A DNA stretch of 64,000 nt from Eukaryota sp. TZLM1-RC. Its lineage: Eukaryota > Protista > Metamonada: BaSk clade. Of this stretch, positions 8,680 through 20,768 are shown one piece after another. The first letter of the stretch is position 1; every line of letters begins with the position of its first letter. The position numbers and the translations under genes are program-made. Below the pieces are notes generated by a model. It had not been told where the DNA came from and did no database searches. It worked only from the letters and a program-made list of their open reading frames with translations. Location: the NCBI GenBank assembly GCA_040285825.1, contig JAUPSS010000007.1, forward strand, positions 1,326,501 through 1,390,500, read 5' to 3'.

Positions 8680-11600
8680 AGTTTTGTTTATTGAATTTGC
8701 CCACTTAATTAAAACAACTCATAACTAATGGGACAACTATCATTGAACCAAGATTTCCTCTACAAATTCTTGATCTGCTTGCTGTCTAGCTACAGCTTTT
8801 CTTATTCGATTGAAACACCGAGGTAATCTATTAATAATGGCAAATTGAATCCGTGAACGCCATAAAAAAATATCAAATCTTTTCATTATTTTTTCTTGCA
8901 TCACTTTTTGGAAGTCATCCAAAACAGTTTCTGCTTCAACTGGTAATCTTCCATTTATCGAAAATGGGAAAGCAATAAAAACCAGCTGTGTGTTTCTATC
9001 GACATTAGCCTTTGCAATATCTTTATTTTATTTTCTATGTTTTTCTTTTACTTTAAAATCAAGAGCACTCACAGGATTAAGTTTTCTTCTGTGAACCAAA
9101 CCATCATTTGCAACAATACACGAGACAAAGTCAACAATAGCTTCAGAATTATCAATCTAATCACAGTATACATCACCTCTATCATCAGAACCAAAATTAT
9201 TCAGAGAAAGTGTTTCCTTCAGCAGGGGCTCTGTGATACACGATATCCTTGCAGTTTGTGCCATATTGAAAACAGTGTCTCTAACAGCCTCATGTAATGA
9301 AGAACGATAAGTCATCAATTTAGAGCAATTTAGAGCATGGCGCAAAGTGAGTTGAGGTGAATTCGAACAAATACATTTTTCTTTAGATAATAATTGGTTA
9401 ATGGGGATGTTCAAATATAATCTCATTTTTGTTACAAATGCTTCATTAGTGGCACACAATCCAAATCTTCGTGGTACAATGGTTACAAAAAGTGAAGAAT
9501 CTGACGCCTTGTTTTCACAAACACCCTTTTCCAATAACAATGAGTGAAGATCTTGATTTAAAGCAGCCGAGCTGCATATATTATTATGAAGATCATTTTC
9601 ATACATTCCAATCAATCGTTTCTGTAATGTTCGAGGAGTGTTTTTGAAATATAAAAGATTCATTTCTGGAATTTTGCCATTGATTGATTCATGAAAGCAT
9701 CGACTACATTTGTCCATATCAGTCTTTGAAATTTACTCATTGAATGCAAAAACGGTGGAACTTTGCTTTGTCAATCATTGTATTTATTGGATTTGGACAC
9801 TTGATTAAATTAAATCATAACTAATGGGACGACTATCATTAAACCAAGATTTCCTCTACAAAATCTTGATCTGCTTGCTGTCTAGCTAAAGCTTCTCTTA
9901 TTCGATTGAAAAACCGAGGTAATCTATTAATAATGGCAAATTGAATCCGTGAACGCCATAAAAAAATATCAAATCTTTTCATTGTTTTTTCTTTCACCAT
10001 TTTTTGGAAGTCATCCAAAAAAGTTTCTGCTTCAACTGATAATCTTCCATTTATCGAAAATGGGAAAGCAATAAAAACCAGCTGTGTATTTCTATCGACA
10101 TTAGCCTTTGCAATATCTTTATTTTATTTTCTATGTTTTTCTTTTACTTTAAAATCAAGAGCACTCACAGGATTAAGTTTTCTTCTGTGAACCAAACTAT
10201 CATTTGCAACAATACACGAGACAAAGTCAACAATAGCTTCAGAATTATCAATCTAATCACAGTATACATCACCTCTATCATCAGAACCAAAATTATTCAG
10301 AGAAAGTGTTTCCTTCAGCAGGGGCTCTGTGATACACGATATCCTTGCAGTTTGTGCCATATTGAAAACAGTGTCTCTAACAGCCTCATGTAATGAAGAA
10401 CGATAAGTCATCAATTTAGAGCAATTTAGAGCATGGCGCAAAGTGAGTTGAGGTGAATTCGAACAAATACATTTTTCTTTTGATAATAATTGGTTAATGG
10501 GGATGTTCAAATATAATCTCATTTTTGTTACAAATGCTTCATTAGTGGCACACAATCCAAATCTTCGTGGTACAATGGTTACAAAAAGTGAAGAATCTGA
10601 CGCCTTGTTTTCACAAACACCCTTTTCCAATAACAATGAGTGAAGATCTTGATTTAAAGCAGCCGAGCTGCATATATTATTATGAAGATCATTTTCATAC
10701 ATTCCAATCAATCGTTTCTGTAATGTTCGAGGAGTGTTTTTGAAATATAAAAGATTCATTTCTGGAATTTTGCCATTGATTGATTCATGAAAGCATCGAC
10801 TACATTTGTCCATATCAGTCTTTGAAATTTACTCATTGAATGCAAAAACGGTGGAACTTTGCTTTGTCAATCATTGTATTTATTGGATTTGGACACTTGA
10901 TTAAATTAAATCATAACTAATGGGACGACTATCATTAAACCAAGATTTCCTCTACAAAATCTTGATCTGCTTGCTGTCTAGCTAAAGCTTCTCTTATTCG
11001 GATTGAAAAACCAAGGTAATCTATTAATGATAGCAAATTGAATCCGTGAACGCCATAAGAAAATATCAAATCTTTTCATTGTTTTTTCTTTCACCATTTT
11101 TTGAAAGTCATCCAAAAAAGTTTCTGCTTCAACTGATAATCTTCCATTTATCGAAAATGGGAAAGCAATAAAAACCAGCTGTGTATTTCTATCGACATTA
11201 GCCTTTGCAATATCTTTATTTTATTTTCTATGTTTTTCTTTTACTTTAAAATCAAGAGCACTCACAGGATTAAGTTTTCTTCTGTGAACCAAACTATCAT
11301 TTGCAACAATACACGAGACAAAGTCAACAATAGCTTCAGAATTATCAATCTAATCACAGTATACATCACCTCTATCATCAGAACCAAAATTATTCAGAGA
11401 AAGTGTTTCCTTCAGCAGGGGCTCTGTGATACACGATATCCTTGCAGTTTGTGCCATATTGAAAACAGTGTCTCTAACAGCCTCATGTAATGAAGAACGA
11501 TAAGTCATCAATTTAGAGCAATTTAGAGCATGGCGCAAAGTGAGTTGAGGTGAATTCGAACAAATACATTTTTCTTTTGATAATAATTGGTTAATGGGGA

Positions 11601-12153
11601 TGTTCAAATATAATCTCATTTTTGTTACAAATGCTTCATTAGTGGCACACAATCCAAATCTTCGTGGTACAATGGTTACAAAAAGTGAAGAATCTGACGC
11701 CTTGTTTTCACAAACACCCTTTTCCAATAAGAATGAGTGAAGATCTTGATTTAAAGCAGCCGAGCTGCATATATTATTATGAAGATCATTTTCATACATT
11801 CCAATCAATCGTTTCTGTAATGTTCGAGGAGTGTTTTTGAAATATAAAAGATTCATTTCTGGAATTTTGCCATTGATTGATTCATGAAAGCATCGACTAC
11901 ATTTGTCCATATCAGTCTTTGAAATTTACTCATTTAATGCAAAAACGGTGGAACTTTGCTTTGTCAATCATTGTATTTATTGGATTTGGACACTTGATTA
12001 AATTAAATCATAACTAATGGGACGACTATCATTAAACCAAGATTTCCTCTACAAAATCTTGATCTGCTTGCTGTCTAGCTAAAGCTTCTCTTATTCGGAT
12101 TGAAAAACCAAGGTAATCTATTAATGATAGCAAATTGAATCCGTGAACGCCAT
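8680..12153 (-). repeat. Tandem array (~1096-bp unit, three copies plus start of a fourth) of the family B non-LTR 3' end
   Basis: Junction TCAATCATTG recurs at 9771, 10867 and 11964; near-identical 186-aa ORFs at 9157, 10253 and 11350, all ending at the same premature TAG. Confidence 0.92.
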
Positions 12154-12292
12154 TGATGCCGTTAGGCAGATGAACACACGAAGGAGAGCGAGAAATCTGA
12201 GTTTATTAATAAAACTGATTCATAAATGAGTATCACGTCATCAGTCGAAATACAAAGAAACCTACTAATTCAATTTGAGTTCAACAACAACA
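12154..12292 (-). repeat. LTR (3'-most) of the gag-only element
   Basis: Minus strand TGTTGTTG...GGCATCA. Confidence 0.93.
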
Positions 12293-12333
12293 CTACTTTT
12301 TCCCACTTTTCTGAGGACAAATACAGTACTGGC

Positions 12334-13089
12334 TCAATAGAGGGAAGATATGGGGTTTGTTAAACTCTTTGGTGCATCGTTTGTGTGACACAAATAATTT
12401 ACCTCATGTTTGATTTTAGATGGACAATCGCGGGAGATGTGTCCAGGCTTGTGGCACTTGAAGCACGATTGATTTTTTAAATCCTGAGAGCGCCAAGAGG
12501 ACCTCGTTTTAGTGCCAGCCGTACGTTCCACATCATTCACCGAGGTTTTGAAACCACGAGTCCATGAAGCAACCCTAGAGCAGTCCAACAGCTCATCAGT
12601 GGTGGTTTCGACAAGAGAGTGAAGATCTGGGAATACATCATCTCGAATTCTCGCTAGTAGAGAACGTTGAAGACCTACGGGAAGAATTCCTCTGGCAAAT
12701 CGATTCAGAAAAGCTGTGTCTGGTAACTTCAGTCCGGAAGCCCTACTCTTTACCTGGAGGAAACGTCGCAGGTAACAGGACATACGTTCTCGGACGTCAC
12801 CAATACGGACATCAAGCTTCAGTTCTGACATAGCCAGACTAAAATCTTCGTACGTGGCGAACGATACGACAGATTGAAGATGTCTAAGAAGAACATCGTC
12901 ACTGGAAGAGACGTCGGATTTCTGGAGAGATAGGGACTCTAACAGAAAAGAATCGACCAAGAGTCTTGCTGGAACAAGCTCTTTCTTAGAAGTCACAGAA
13001 GAATAGATCTTCCACTCTTGTAGGAACAAGAGAACACTTTCAACTTTCATGGAAGAAAGAGACGGGAGGTTGACAGAAGGAACAGTCAT
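12334..13089 (-). CDS. gag: Gag (251 aa) with CCHC knuckle
   Basis: CFKCHKPGHISRDC; lies between LTRs. Confidence 0.9.
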   Translation of the reverse strand: MTVPSVNLPSLSSMKVESVLLFLQEWKIYSSVTSKKELVPARLLVDSFLLESLSLQKSDVSSSDDVLLRHLQSVVSFATYEDFSLAMSELKLDVRIGDVRERMSCYLRRFLQVKSRASGLKLPDTAFLNRFARGILPVGLQRSLLARIRDDVFPDLHSLVETTTDELLDCSRVASWTRGFKTSVNDVERTAGTKTRSSWRSQDLKNQSCFKCHKPGHISRDCPSKIKHEVNYLCHTNDAPKSLTNPISSLY

Positions 13090-13115
13090 CTGAAATAAGA
13101 AGGGCCAATAATTAT

Positions 13116-13254
13116 TGATGCCGTTAGGCAGATGAACACACGAAGGAGAGCGAGAAATCTGAGTTTATTAATAAAACTGATTCATGAATGAGTATCACGT
13201 CATCAGTCGAAATACAAAGAAACCTACTAATTCAATTTGAGTTCAACAACAACA
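13116..13254 (-). repeat. Shared middle LTR
   Basis: One visible mismatch to the other two copies. Confidence 0.93.
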
Positions 13255-13295
13255 CTACTTTTTCCCACTTTTCTGAGGACAAATACAGTACTGGC

Positions 13296-14051
13296 TCAAT
13301 AGAGGGAAGATATGGGGTTTGTTAAACTCTTTGGTGCATCGTTTGTGTGACACAAATAATTTACCTCATGTTTGATTTTAGATGGACAATCGCGGGAGAT
13401 GTGTCCAGGCTTGTGGCACTTGAAGCACGATTGATTTTTTAAATCCTGAGAGCGCCAAGAGGACCTCGTTTTAGTGCCAGCCGTACGTTCCACATCATTC
13501 ACTGAGGTTTTGAAACCACGAGTTTATGAAGCAACCCTAGAGCAGTCCAACAGCTCATCAGTGGTGGTTTCGACAAGAGAGTGAAGATCTGGGAATACAT
13601 CATCTCGAATTCTCGCTAGTAGAGAACGTTGAAGACCTACGGGAAGAATTCCTCTGGCAAATCGATTCAGAAAAGCTGTGTCTGGTAACTTCAGTCCGGA
13701 AGCCCTACTCTTTACCTGGAGGAAACGTCGCAGGTAACAGGACATACGTTCTCGGACGTCACCAATACGGACATCAAGCTTCAGTTCTGACATAGCCAGA
13801 CTAAAATCTTCGTACGTGGCGAACGATACGACAGATTGAAGATGTCTAAGAAGAACATCGTCACTGGAAGAGACGTCGGATTTCTGGAGAGATAGGGACT
13901 CTAACAGAAAAGAATCGACCAAGAGTCTTGCTGGAACAAGCTCTTTCTTAGAAGTCACAGAAGAATAGATCTTCCACTCTTGTAGGAACAAGAGAACACT
14001 TTCAACTTTCATGGAAGAAAGAGACGGGAGGTTGACAGAAGGAACAGTCAT
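13296..14051 (-). pseudogene. gag: Second gag copy with a TGG>TAA nonsense change
   Basis: Near-identical to 12334-13089; stop at 13524-13526. Confidence 0.9.
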
Positions 14052-14077
14052 CTGAAATAAGAAGGGCCAATAATTAT

Positions 14078-14216
14078 TGATGCCGTTAGGCAGATGAACA
14101 CACGAAGGAGAGCGAGAAATCTGAGTTTATTAATAAAACTGATTCATAAATGAGTATCACGTCATCAGTCGAAATACAAAGAAACCTACTAATTCAATTT
14201 GAGTTCAACAACAACA
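14078..14216 (-). repeat. LTR (5'-most) of the gag-only element
   Basis: Matches 12154-12292. Confidence 0.93.
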
Positions 14217-15000
14217 CCATAAGAAAATATCAAATCTTTTCATTGTTTTTTCTTTCACCATTTTTTGAAAGTCATCCAAAAAAGTTTCTGCTTCAACTGA
14301 TAATCTTCCATTTATCGAAAATGGGAAAGCAATAAAAACCAGCTGTGTATTTCTATCGACATTTGCATCTTCAATTTTTTTTATCATATTTTCTATGTTT
14401 TTCTTTTGCTTTAAAATCCAGAGCAGCCACAGGATTAAGTTTTCTCCTGTGAACCAAAGTATCGTTTGCAACATGACATGAGACAATGTCAACAATAGCT
14501 TCAGAATTATCAATCCTATCACAGTATACATCACCTCTATCATCAGAACCAAAATTATTCAGAGACAGTGTTTCCTTCAGCAGAGGCTCTTTGATACACG
14601 ATATTTTTGCAGTTTGTGCCACATTAAAAACACTGCCTGTAACAGCATCATATAAAGAAGAACGATAAGTTATCAATTTAGAACAATTCAGAGCATGGCG
14701 CAAAGTGAGTTGAGGTGAATTCGAACAAATATATTTTTCTTTTGATAATAATTGATTAATGGGGATGTTTAAATATAATCTCATTTTTGTTACAAATGCT
14801 TCATCAGTGGTACACAGCACAAATCTTCGTGGTACAATGGTTACAAAAAGTGAAGAATCTGACGACTTGTTTTCACAAACACCCTTTTCCAATAACAATG
14901 AATGAAGATCTTGATTTAAAACAGCCGAGCTGTATATATTATTATAAAGATCTCTTTCATACATTCCAGTCAATCGTTTCTGTAATGTTCGAAGAGTGTA
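14217..15000 (-). pseudogene. Family B non-LTR 3' region (continuation of the interrupted unit)
   Basis: ORF 14371-15006: KEP...DDRGDV...VD...KEKHRKY RLE motifs. Confidence 0.85.
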
Positions 15001-15059
15001 CTTCACATTTAAAACAGTTCAAACATACGTTTGAACAAACAACGTAGCAGAAACATCGT

Positions 15060-15300
15060 TTTTGTTCCAATTGGAATTTCTATTTTTGGTACTTTAGGCA
15101 GGGAAGGACTATCTTTCTTAAATGATTTGGCAGTTTCTTAAAAGACTCAGGACGTTCTTTTGATCAACTTATTTTGAAGAACAGAATTGTTTTCTCACTC
15201 TTTAAGGCTCTACCACGTTATTTTAACTCAATACTTTCAAGTATTACTGAGTTTCACAATGTACGTGCTCATGAACCCGTAAATAGTGAGAATCTACCTT
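15060..15300 (+). pseudogene. 3'-end fragment of another CRE-like family
   Basis: Translates with one frameshift as FVPIGISIFGTLG...KNRIVFSLFKALPRYF, matching the RLE C-terminus of families A and C. Confidence 0.6.
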
Positions 15301-15559
15301 CATTTTGTCAGTGATCACTTATCTAGAATATTGCTTTGCATTGTTGTTGTTTATAGTAATCTTGTTTGCATTCTTGGAATAAAGCCTAAATTAACAAAAG
15401 AAGGCACAATTGCCATACCAAAAGCACTTGATGCTTCTACTTTATTGGAACGTCTATGTTTATGGATTGTGAAATTCCAAGATAGAGGTGCTGCCGCAAT
15501 TGCTGTTAGTGTATAATACATACATTTTGAGAGAAACACTGAATCCAGATATCACTAGG

Positions 15560-16975
15560 CAAGTTATCTAATTCAATTTGAAGTTGATTCAAATAAAAAT
15601 TTGCTTCACCATGGATCAGATGAACATCATAAGGAAATATTTGAAAAATTCAAAAAGAAAATTTCTTCCACCTCCTAAAAAGCTGCTTTACATAAAATCG
15701 AAGATTTCGATTAATTACTGGGATATAAAATGTTCCAAATTCCAAACCATGCTTACCTTAGTCCACATTATGGTGGTTAAGGGTGGACGAAGGCTTCTAT
15801 TCTTACTTCGTGTGCTTTTGTTGGTGGATGAAGAAATGCAATCTTTGAGTTTTCGGAAAGAATTGCAGATTGGGAAGATTTATTGATAACAACGCAAAGT
15901 TCCACTGTTTTTGCATTAAATGAAGAAATTTCAAAAATTGATGTAGAAAAATGGGGTCGATGTTTTCCCCAATCATTCAATGGCAATATTCCAGAAAAAA
16001 TGTTTTCAATTTGAAGAACACTCTTCGAACATTACAGAAACGATTGACTGGAATGTATGAAAGAGATCTTTATAATAATATATACAGCTCGGCTGTTTTA
16101 AATCAAGATCTTCATTCATTGTTATTGGAAAAGGGTGTTTGTGACAACAAGTCGTCAGATTCTTCACTTTTTGTAACAATTGTACCACGAAGATTTGTAT
16201 TGTGTACCACTCATGAAGCATTTGTAACAAAAGTGAGATTATATTTGAACATCCCCATTAATCAATTATTATCAAAAGAAAAATGTATTTGTTCGAATTC
16301 ACCTCAACTCACTTTGAGCCATGCTCTAAATTGCTCTAAATTGATAACTTATCGTTCTTCATTACATGATGCTGTTAGAGACATTGTTTTCAATATGGCA
16401 CAAACTGCAAGAATATCGTGTATCAAAGAGCCCCTGGTGAAGGAACACTTCCTCTGAATAATTTTGGTTCTGATGATAGAGGTGATGTATACTGTAATTG
16501 GATTGATAATTCTGAAGGTATTGTTGACTTTTTCTCATGTAATGTTGCATATGATACTCTGGTTCACAGAAGAAAACTTAATAGTGTGAGTGCTCTTGAT
16601 TTTAAAGTAAAAGAAAAACATAGAAAATAAGAGAAAGATATTGCAGAGGCTAATGTCGATAGAAATACACAGCTGGTTTTTATTGCTTTCCCATTTTCGA
16701 TAAATGGAAGATTATCAGTTGAAGCAGAAACTTTTTTGGATGACTTCCAAAAAATGGTGCAAGAAAAAACAATGAAAATATTTGATGTTTTTTATGGCGT
16801 TCACGGATTCAATTGGCCATTATTAATAGCTTACCTCGGTTTTTCAATCGAATTAGAGAAGCGTTGGCTACAGCGCAAGCAGATCAAGATTTTGTAGAGG
16901 AAATCTTGGTGCAATGACAGTCGTCCTATTAGTTTTGAGTTAATTTAATTAAGTGTGCAAATTCAATAAATACGA
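15560..16975 (+). pseudogene. Family B non-LTR element, 5'-truncated and frameshifted
   Basis: ORFs 15951-16457 and 16418-16630; 3' end ...ATTCAATAAATAC; inverted relative to 14217-15000. Confidence 0.85.
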
Positions 16976-17944
16976 AATTGAGAAAAAAAAACGTGACCCA
17001 TGCTTTTCTATAAAAAACTAAAACTGTACAAAATGCACAAACATCAATTAAATCATTACAATCTTTACAAGAAGTATGAGAACAATCTAAATCAAAAACA
17101 GTTGGCTCATCAATATTATTGTAAGATTTTGCATTCTGTATTTTCTTTATCGTTGAGTTTAAAAGAGGGAGGCCAACACTAATGTCAGCATAAACATTTT
17201 AAAAATTAATTTTCTAAGAGAATAAAGTTCACTTGCTTAATTTGATGAACAATTCACAAATTCAGTTTTAAATTGTTAAAGACAATTGTATTTGACAAAC
17301 AAATGCATCAGGTTTTCAAGACAAATGAAACTGTTTGTTTTATTAGAATCTGCATGAAAAGTTTGTAATGGTTTGTATTCATCGAGACCGTCTACATCAA
17401 CAAAATTATTGTATTTACAACTTAAATATATAATTTTCTTATTTAATTTTGAACTTGTCAACTCAATGTTGCGTACATCTATTGATTGTAATTTTTCGGT
17501 AATATATTAATTAATCAATAAATTAAATAGACTCATTTAAATTTCTAATTCTCTATTGAGAAACAATTCTTCTTATTCAATATTGATACAATGTAAATCA
17601 ATTAATTTTGGGTTTCTTGCATTAAGGTAAGAAAGATTAAACAATACTAATAGAAATTTACATCTTTCAGATATTTACAACTTATTAAATAATCTGAGTT
17701 ATAAATTATAAATTCTTCTTCATTAATATAAAAAGTTTTCATTTTATTAGAACAAAATTCATTTTCTGGGAAAATCATCACACAATTTTGAAAACATTAA
17801 ATCAAATAAATGCTCATTAAAACAATATCCACAACCTATACGATTTATTATTTCTTCATTTTCCTCATCATTTATAAATTTAAAAATTGCTCTTCAATTT
17901 TTCCAAAATACCAAAATACCTGTGAAAATCGATTTAATTTTTCA

Positions 17945-18070
17945 CTATTACCAAAATAAGAGCCAAGAGAACGAATCGCATCTGCTTCATAATCAACATA
18001 TCTGATGAAAGTTTCACTAAATGCTACCTCAACATTCCGATTACCAATAAAGAAACACTTGGGCATTGAT
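17945..18070 (-). pseudogene. Small non-LTR RT (thumb) fragment
   Basis: PKCFFIG...DAIRSLGSYFGN resembles SKCLIIG...GFRFLGCYLGN of family C. Confidence 0.5.
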
Positions 18071-18519
18071 TTGTTTTATTCATAAAATAAGGAATCAACA
18101 AATAAATAAATATATCACATTCATTCAATTTAAGCTGTTTATAATTTTGCATCAGAGTAATGGAATTTTTTTGTTTCAATATTTCAATAATCATATTTAG
18201 TGCTTGTATACAAAAATTTATTTTTCATTCATAAGTGGAACTCTTAATAATTCAACTAAGATGTTTTGAAACTGTAGTCTAACTAATCAATTGTGGTTAA
18301 CTCAACAAATAAATATTGATTTAATTGTTTGTATATTACTACTACTATTTTATTAAATGGATTTGCTATTCACTAAGTAATTACACTTAGTATTTGATGT
18401 GTACTCAACCAATCAACTATTCACGTGTCATTGAGTTATATTTCATCAACAAACAATGTTGTTTATAAATAATATTTTATTAAACTATTTCAATCTATCA
18501 CAACAATAAACATCTAAAT

Positions 18520-18610
18520 AATCCATCTCTCCCAAACCGACACAACTTTCTCATGGTGGAATCCGAGAGAAAGAAGTGCATCAGAAACCAACTTCAATAT
18601 CCCCACACAC
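18520..18610 (-). pseudogene. Family D non-LTR 3'-end fragment
   Basis: Reverse complement resembles 24965-25060. Confidence 0.55.
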
Positions 18611-18764
18611 ATTATCCAACAATTTTTGAGCTTCTGGAATATACTATTCCCTAATAATTTGGTCAAATTATCGGTCATTAATGGATACTGTTTGATGTGT
18701 GAGTCAGTAAAATTTGATTTATTTCAAAAACAAGGCTGTCAGAAAATGATAAATAATTAAACCT

Positions 18765-20768
18765 TTATGATAATAATTGACTTAAAAAAGTGCCCAAAAC
18801 CTCTGAACCAAGGAAAACATGCTTTCTAGGAGAATTTCGTCGAAGAACGCAAATGCCTTGCTCTTTCAAAGAATCTGCGGCTTTCTCATAAACTTCCTCT
18901 TGGATACCTTTACTAATATCTGACCCACACATTCCCAAACGCACAGATACTACCCAAACAGTCTCAACGTCCTTAGGAATGGATGAAACGCACTTCCAAT
19001 ATTCAGTAGCATAAGTGACTGCATCATTATTAGATAATTTGATATCAAATAGAATAGTCCAATCCTTCGTTCTCCAAATGAGATCAGGACCACGGGCATC
19101 GGTAATGTTTAACTCGACTCTATTTAGAGGTACTAATGAGAATCGTTGTAATGGAGAACCACAAAAGGAAAATTCTTCTTTGTGAAGTATGCCTTCAACA
19201 CTATCGTGATAATTTCTAATACACTCAGGGCAAAAGAACTTCTTGCACTCTTTGCATTCCCAAGACGCTGCGTTATCACAACTTAACTTCCCTACACAGA
19301 CTCTATTCGACTCACCATTAGATAGGTCCTTTTGAGACATCATTTCAAGTCCAATGATGGGACCCCTAGACTGTTCAAGTTGTGTGAATTGAAGATCAAA
19401 AATACCATGGTCGTCAGGATTTGACTGAATACCCAGCGGTCCAAGTACCCGTACAACTGATCGATCTGTCAGATAACGCAAAACGTAATCAATTCTTAAA
19501 TTAAATAAGTCACGTAAAGCTGGTTTAATTCGTTGTCCCAATTCTTCTTTGGAATAACTGGAAGTTAATAAATCATAAAGTTGTCCATAAGGAGAGTCAC
19601 GGTTTCTAAATTTGGTGGAAGGAACCAATGCATGACAGTAACTAGTCAAAACATGGGAGCGATTGGTAGATCTTTGGGATTTTCTGGGAGGTAACGTCCA
19701 AGGAGCCAACATGATATTGTTACTACCTTCTAGTTCCTCAAGTTGCTCATTACCAATAACATCATCAAGCTTTAGTGGTACTGAAGCATCAGAAAGATTC
19801 GAAATTGACGTGCTCTGTCTCTGTTTCATATCACGGTAACATCCAGAATCAGCCAGTTCAACAAGACCAAAATCAATGCCATTATTTTTGGCATCACGAA
19901 ATGCATTCAACAGCTGGACCATAATTCTGGGATTACCAAGACACTCTTGAAGTCTAGAATAAACAATTTCAATTTCTTCCTCAGATAACGCAAGTTTATC
20001 CAACTCTGGAGAAGTTGAAATAAATTGGTCAATATACTTTCGATGTAAAAGACCTTGTAATCTATAAGGCTTCAATTCGAAAAATGTCGCCCCTGTCAGT
20101 TTAATGGCCTTTTTCCTTTCATTGGATGCAAAGATTAAGAGGCAATGTCCAGAAGCGTGTGCTGAGTAAAGAGCATTAATAAAATCAATATTGTTCTCTG
20201 CAGCATGTATTTCATCCACAAATAAGAGAATTTTCTTAGTGGAAAATCGACTTGATGTCCACTCAATAACCTGTGGAAGGGTCATTCTGACAACATCAGC
20301 TGGAAAGTCAATTTCACGTAAGCGGAGATGAGCTAGGATTTGAGAATGCAATTTAGAAGAAGGATCAACAGAAGATGAATATTCAGTTCGTAGTGTACAT
20401 GGGAAAAAGGCTTTGGCCATGTGGAATTGAAGAAGGTTATCTACTGGAGTGATGGATTCTTGCTTACAATACCTCTTCAGTTGAGAAATAGCAAGTGTGT
20501 CATTGAAAAGAGAATCAAGGAATCGACATGCAAAAGATGTCTTCCCACTACCCGTGGCTCCTACAACAACAGGAACAAGTAACTTGGTGTTAATGCCAAC
20601 ATTCCTTTCAAACTGATGCAGAAGAGAGATACACAGAGATTCTGTGTCTTTCTCACGGTTGAGTAATTTGCGACTATCGTTAGTTAGAAGATTGTAAACT
20701 ATGCCAGGGGGAGATTGGAAAAATTTAACAGCATTATCGATTTCAGCGTAGGTGCACATGAAGAACAA
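18765..20768 (-). CDS. P-loop NTPase + B-box zinc finger + PD-(D/E)xK nuclease (Crinkler/CR-effector-like)
   Basis: Walker A GATGSGKT; Walker B LLFVDE; GNPR; CDNAASWECKECKKFFCPECIRNYH; GPDLIW...ILFDIK. Start uncertain (first ATG at 20759). Confidence 0.75.
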   Translation of the reverse strand: MFFMCTYAEIDNAVKFFQSPPGIVYNLLTNDSRKLLNREKDTESLCISLLHQFERNVGINTKLLVPVVVGATGSGKTSFACRFLDSLFNDTLAISQLKRYCKQESITPVDNLLQFHMAKAFFPCTLRTEYSSSVDPSSKLHSQILAHLRLREIDFPADVVRMTLPQVIEWTSSRFSTKKILLFVDEIHAAENNIDFINALYSAHASGHCLLIFASNERKKAIKLTGATFFELKPYRLQGLLHRKYIDQFISTSPELDKLALSEEEIEIVYSRLQECLGNPRIMVQLLNAFRDAKNNGIDFGLVELADSGCYRDMKQRQSTSISNLSDASVPLKLDDVIGNEQLEELEGSNNIMLAPWTLPPRKSQRSTNRSHVLTSYCHALVPSTKFRNRDSPYGQLYDLLTSSYSKEELGQRIKPALRDLFNLRIDYVLRYLTDRSVVRVLGPLGIQSNPDDHGIFDLQFTQLEQSRGPIIGLEMMSQKDLSNGESNRVCVGKLSCDNAASWECKECKKFFCPECIRNYHDSVEGILHKEEFSFCGSPLQRFSLVPLNRVELNITDARGPDLIWRTKDWTILFDIKLSNNDAVTYATEYWKCVSSIPKDVETVWVVSVRLGMCGSDISKGIQEEVYEKAADSLKEQGICVLRRNSPRKHVFLGSEVLGTFLSQLLS

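Larger units (their letters stand above)
12154..14216 (-). mobile_element. Non-autonomous gag-only LTR element in tandem (LTR-gag-LTR-gag-LTR)
   Basis: Three 139-bp LTRs with period 962; 4-bp TSD CCAT (12150-12153 and 14217-14220); empty site GAACGCCATAAGAAA visible at ~11048; PPT-like tract at 12293-12310. Confidence 0.95.

Noticed and set aside
13090-13104. Pyrimidine tract + CAG directly before the gag ATG, resembling a splice or trans-splice acceptor
   Set aside because: No clear donor, and host genes lack the pattern; untestable without RNA data
17270-17940. Very AT-rich broken ORF-like stretch, possibly viral or Polinton-derived
   Set aside because: No recognisable motif
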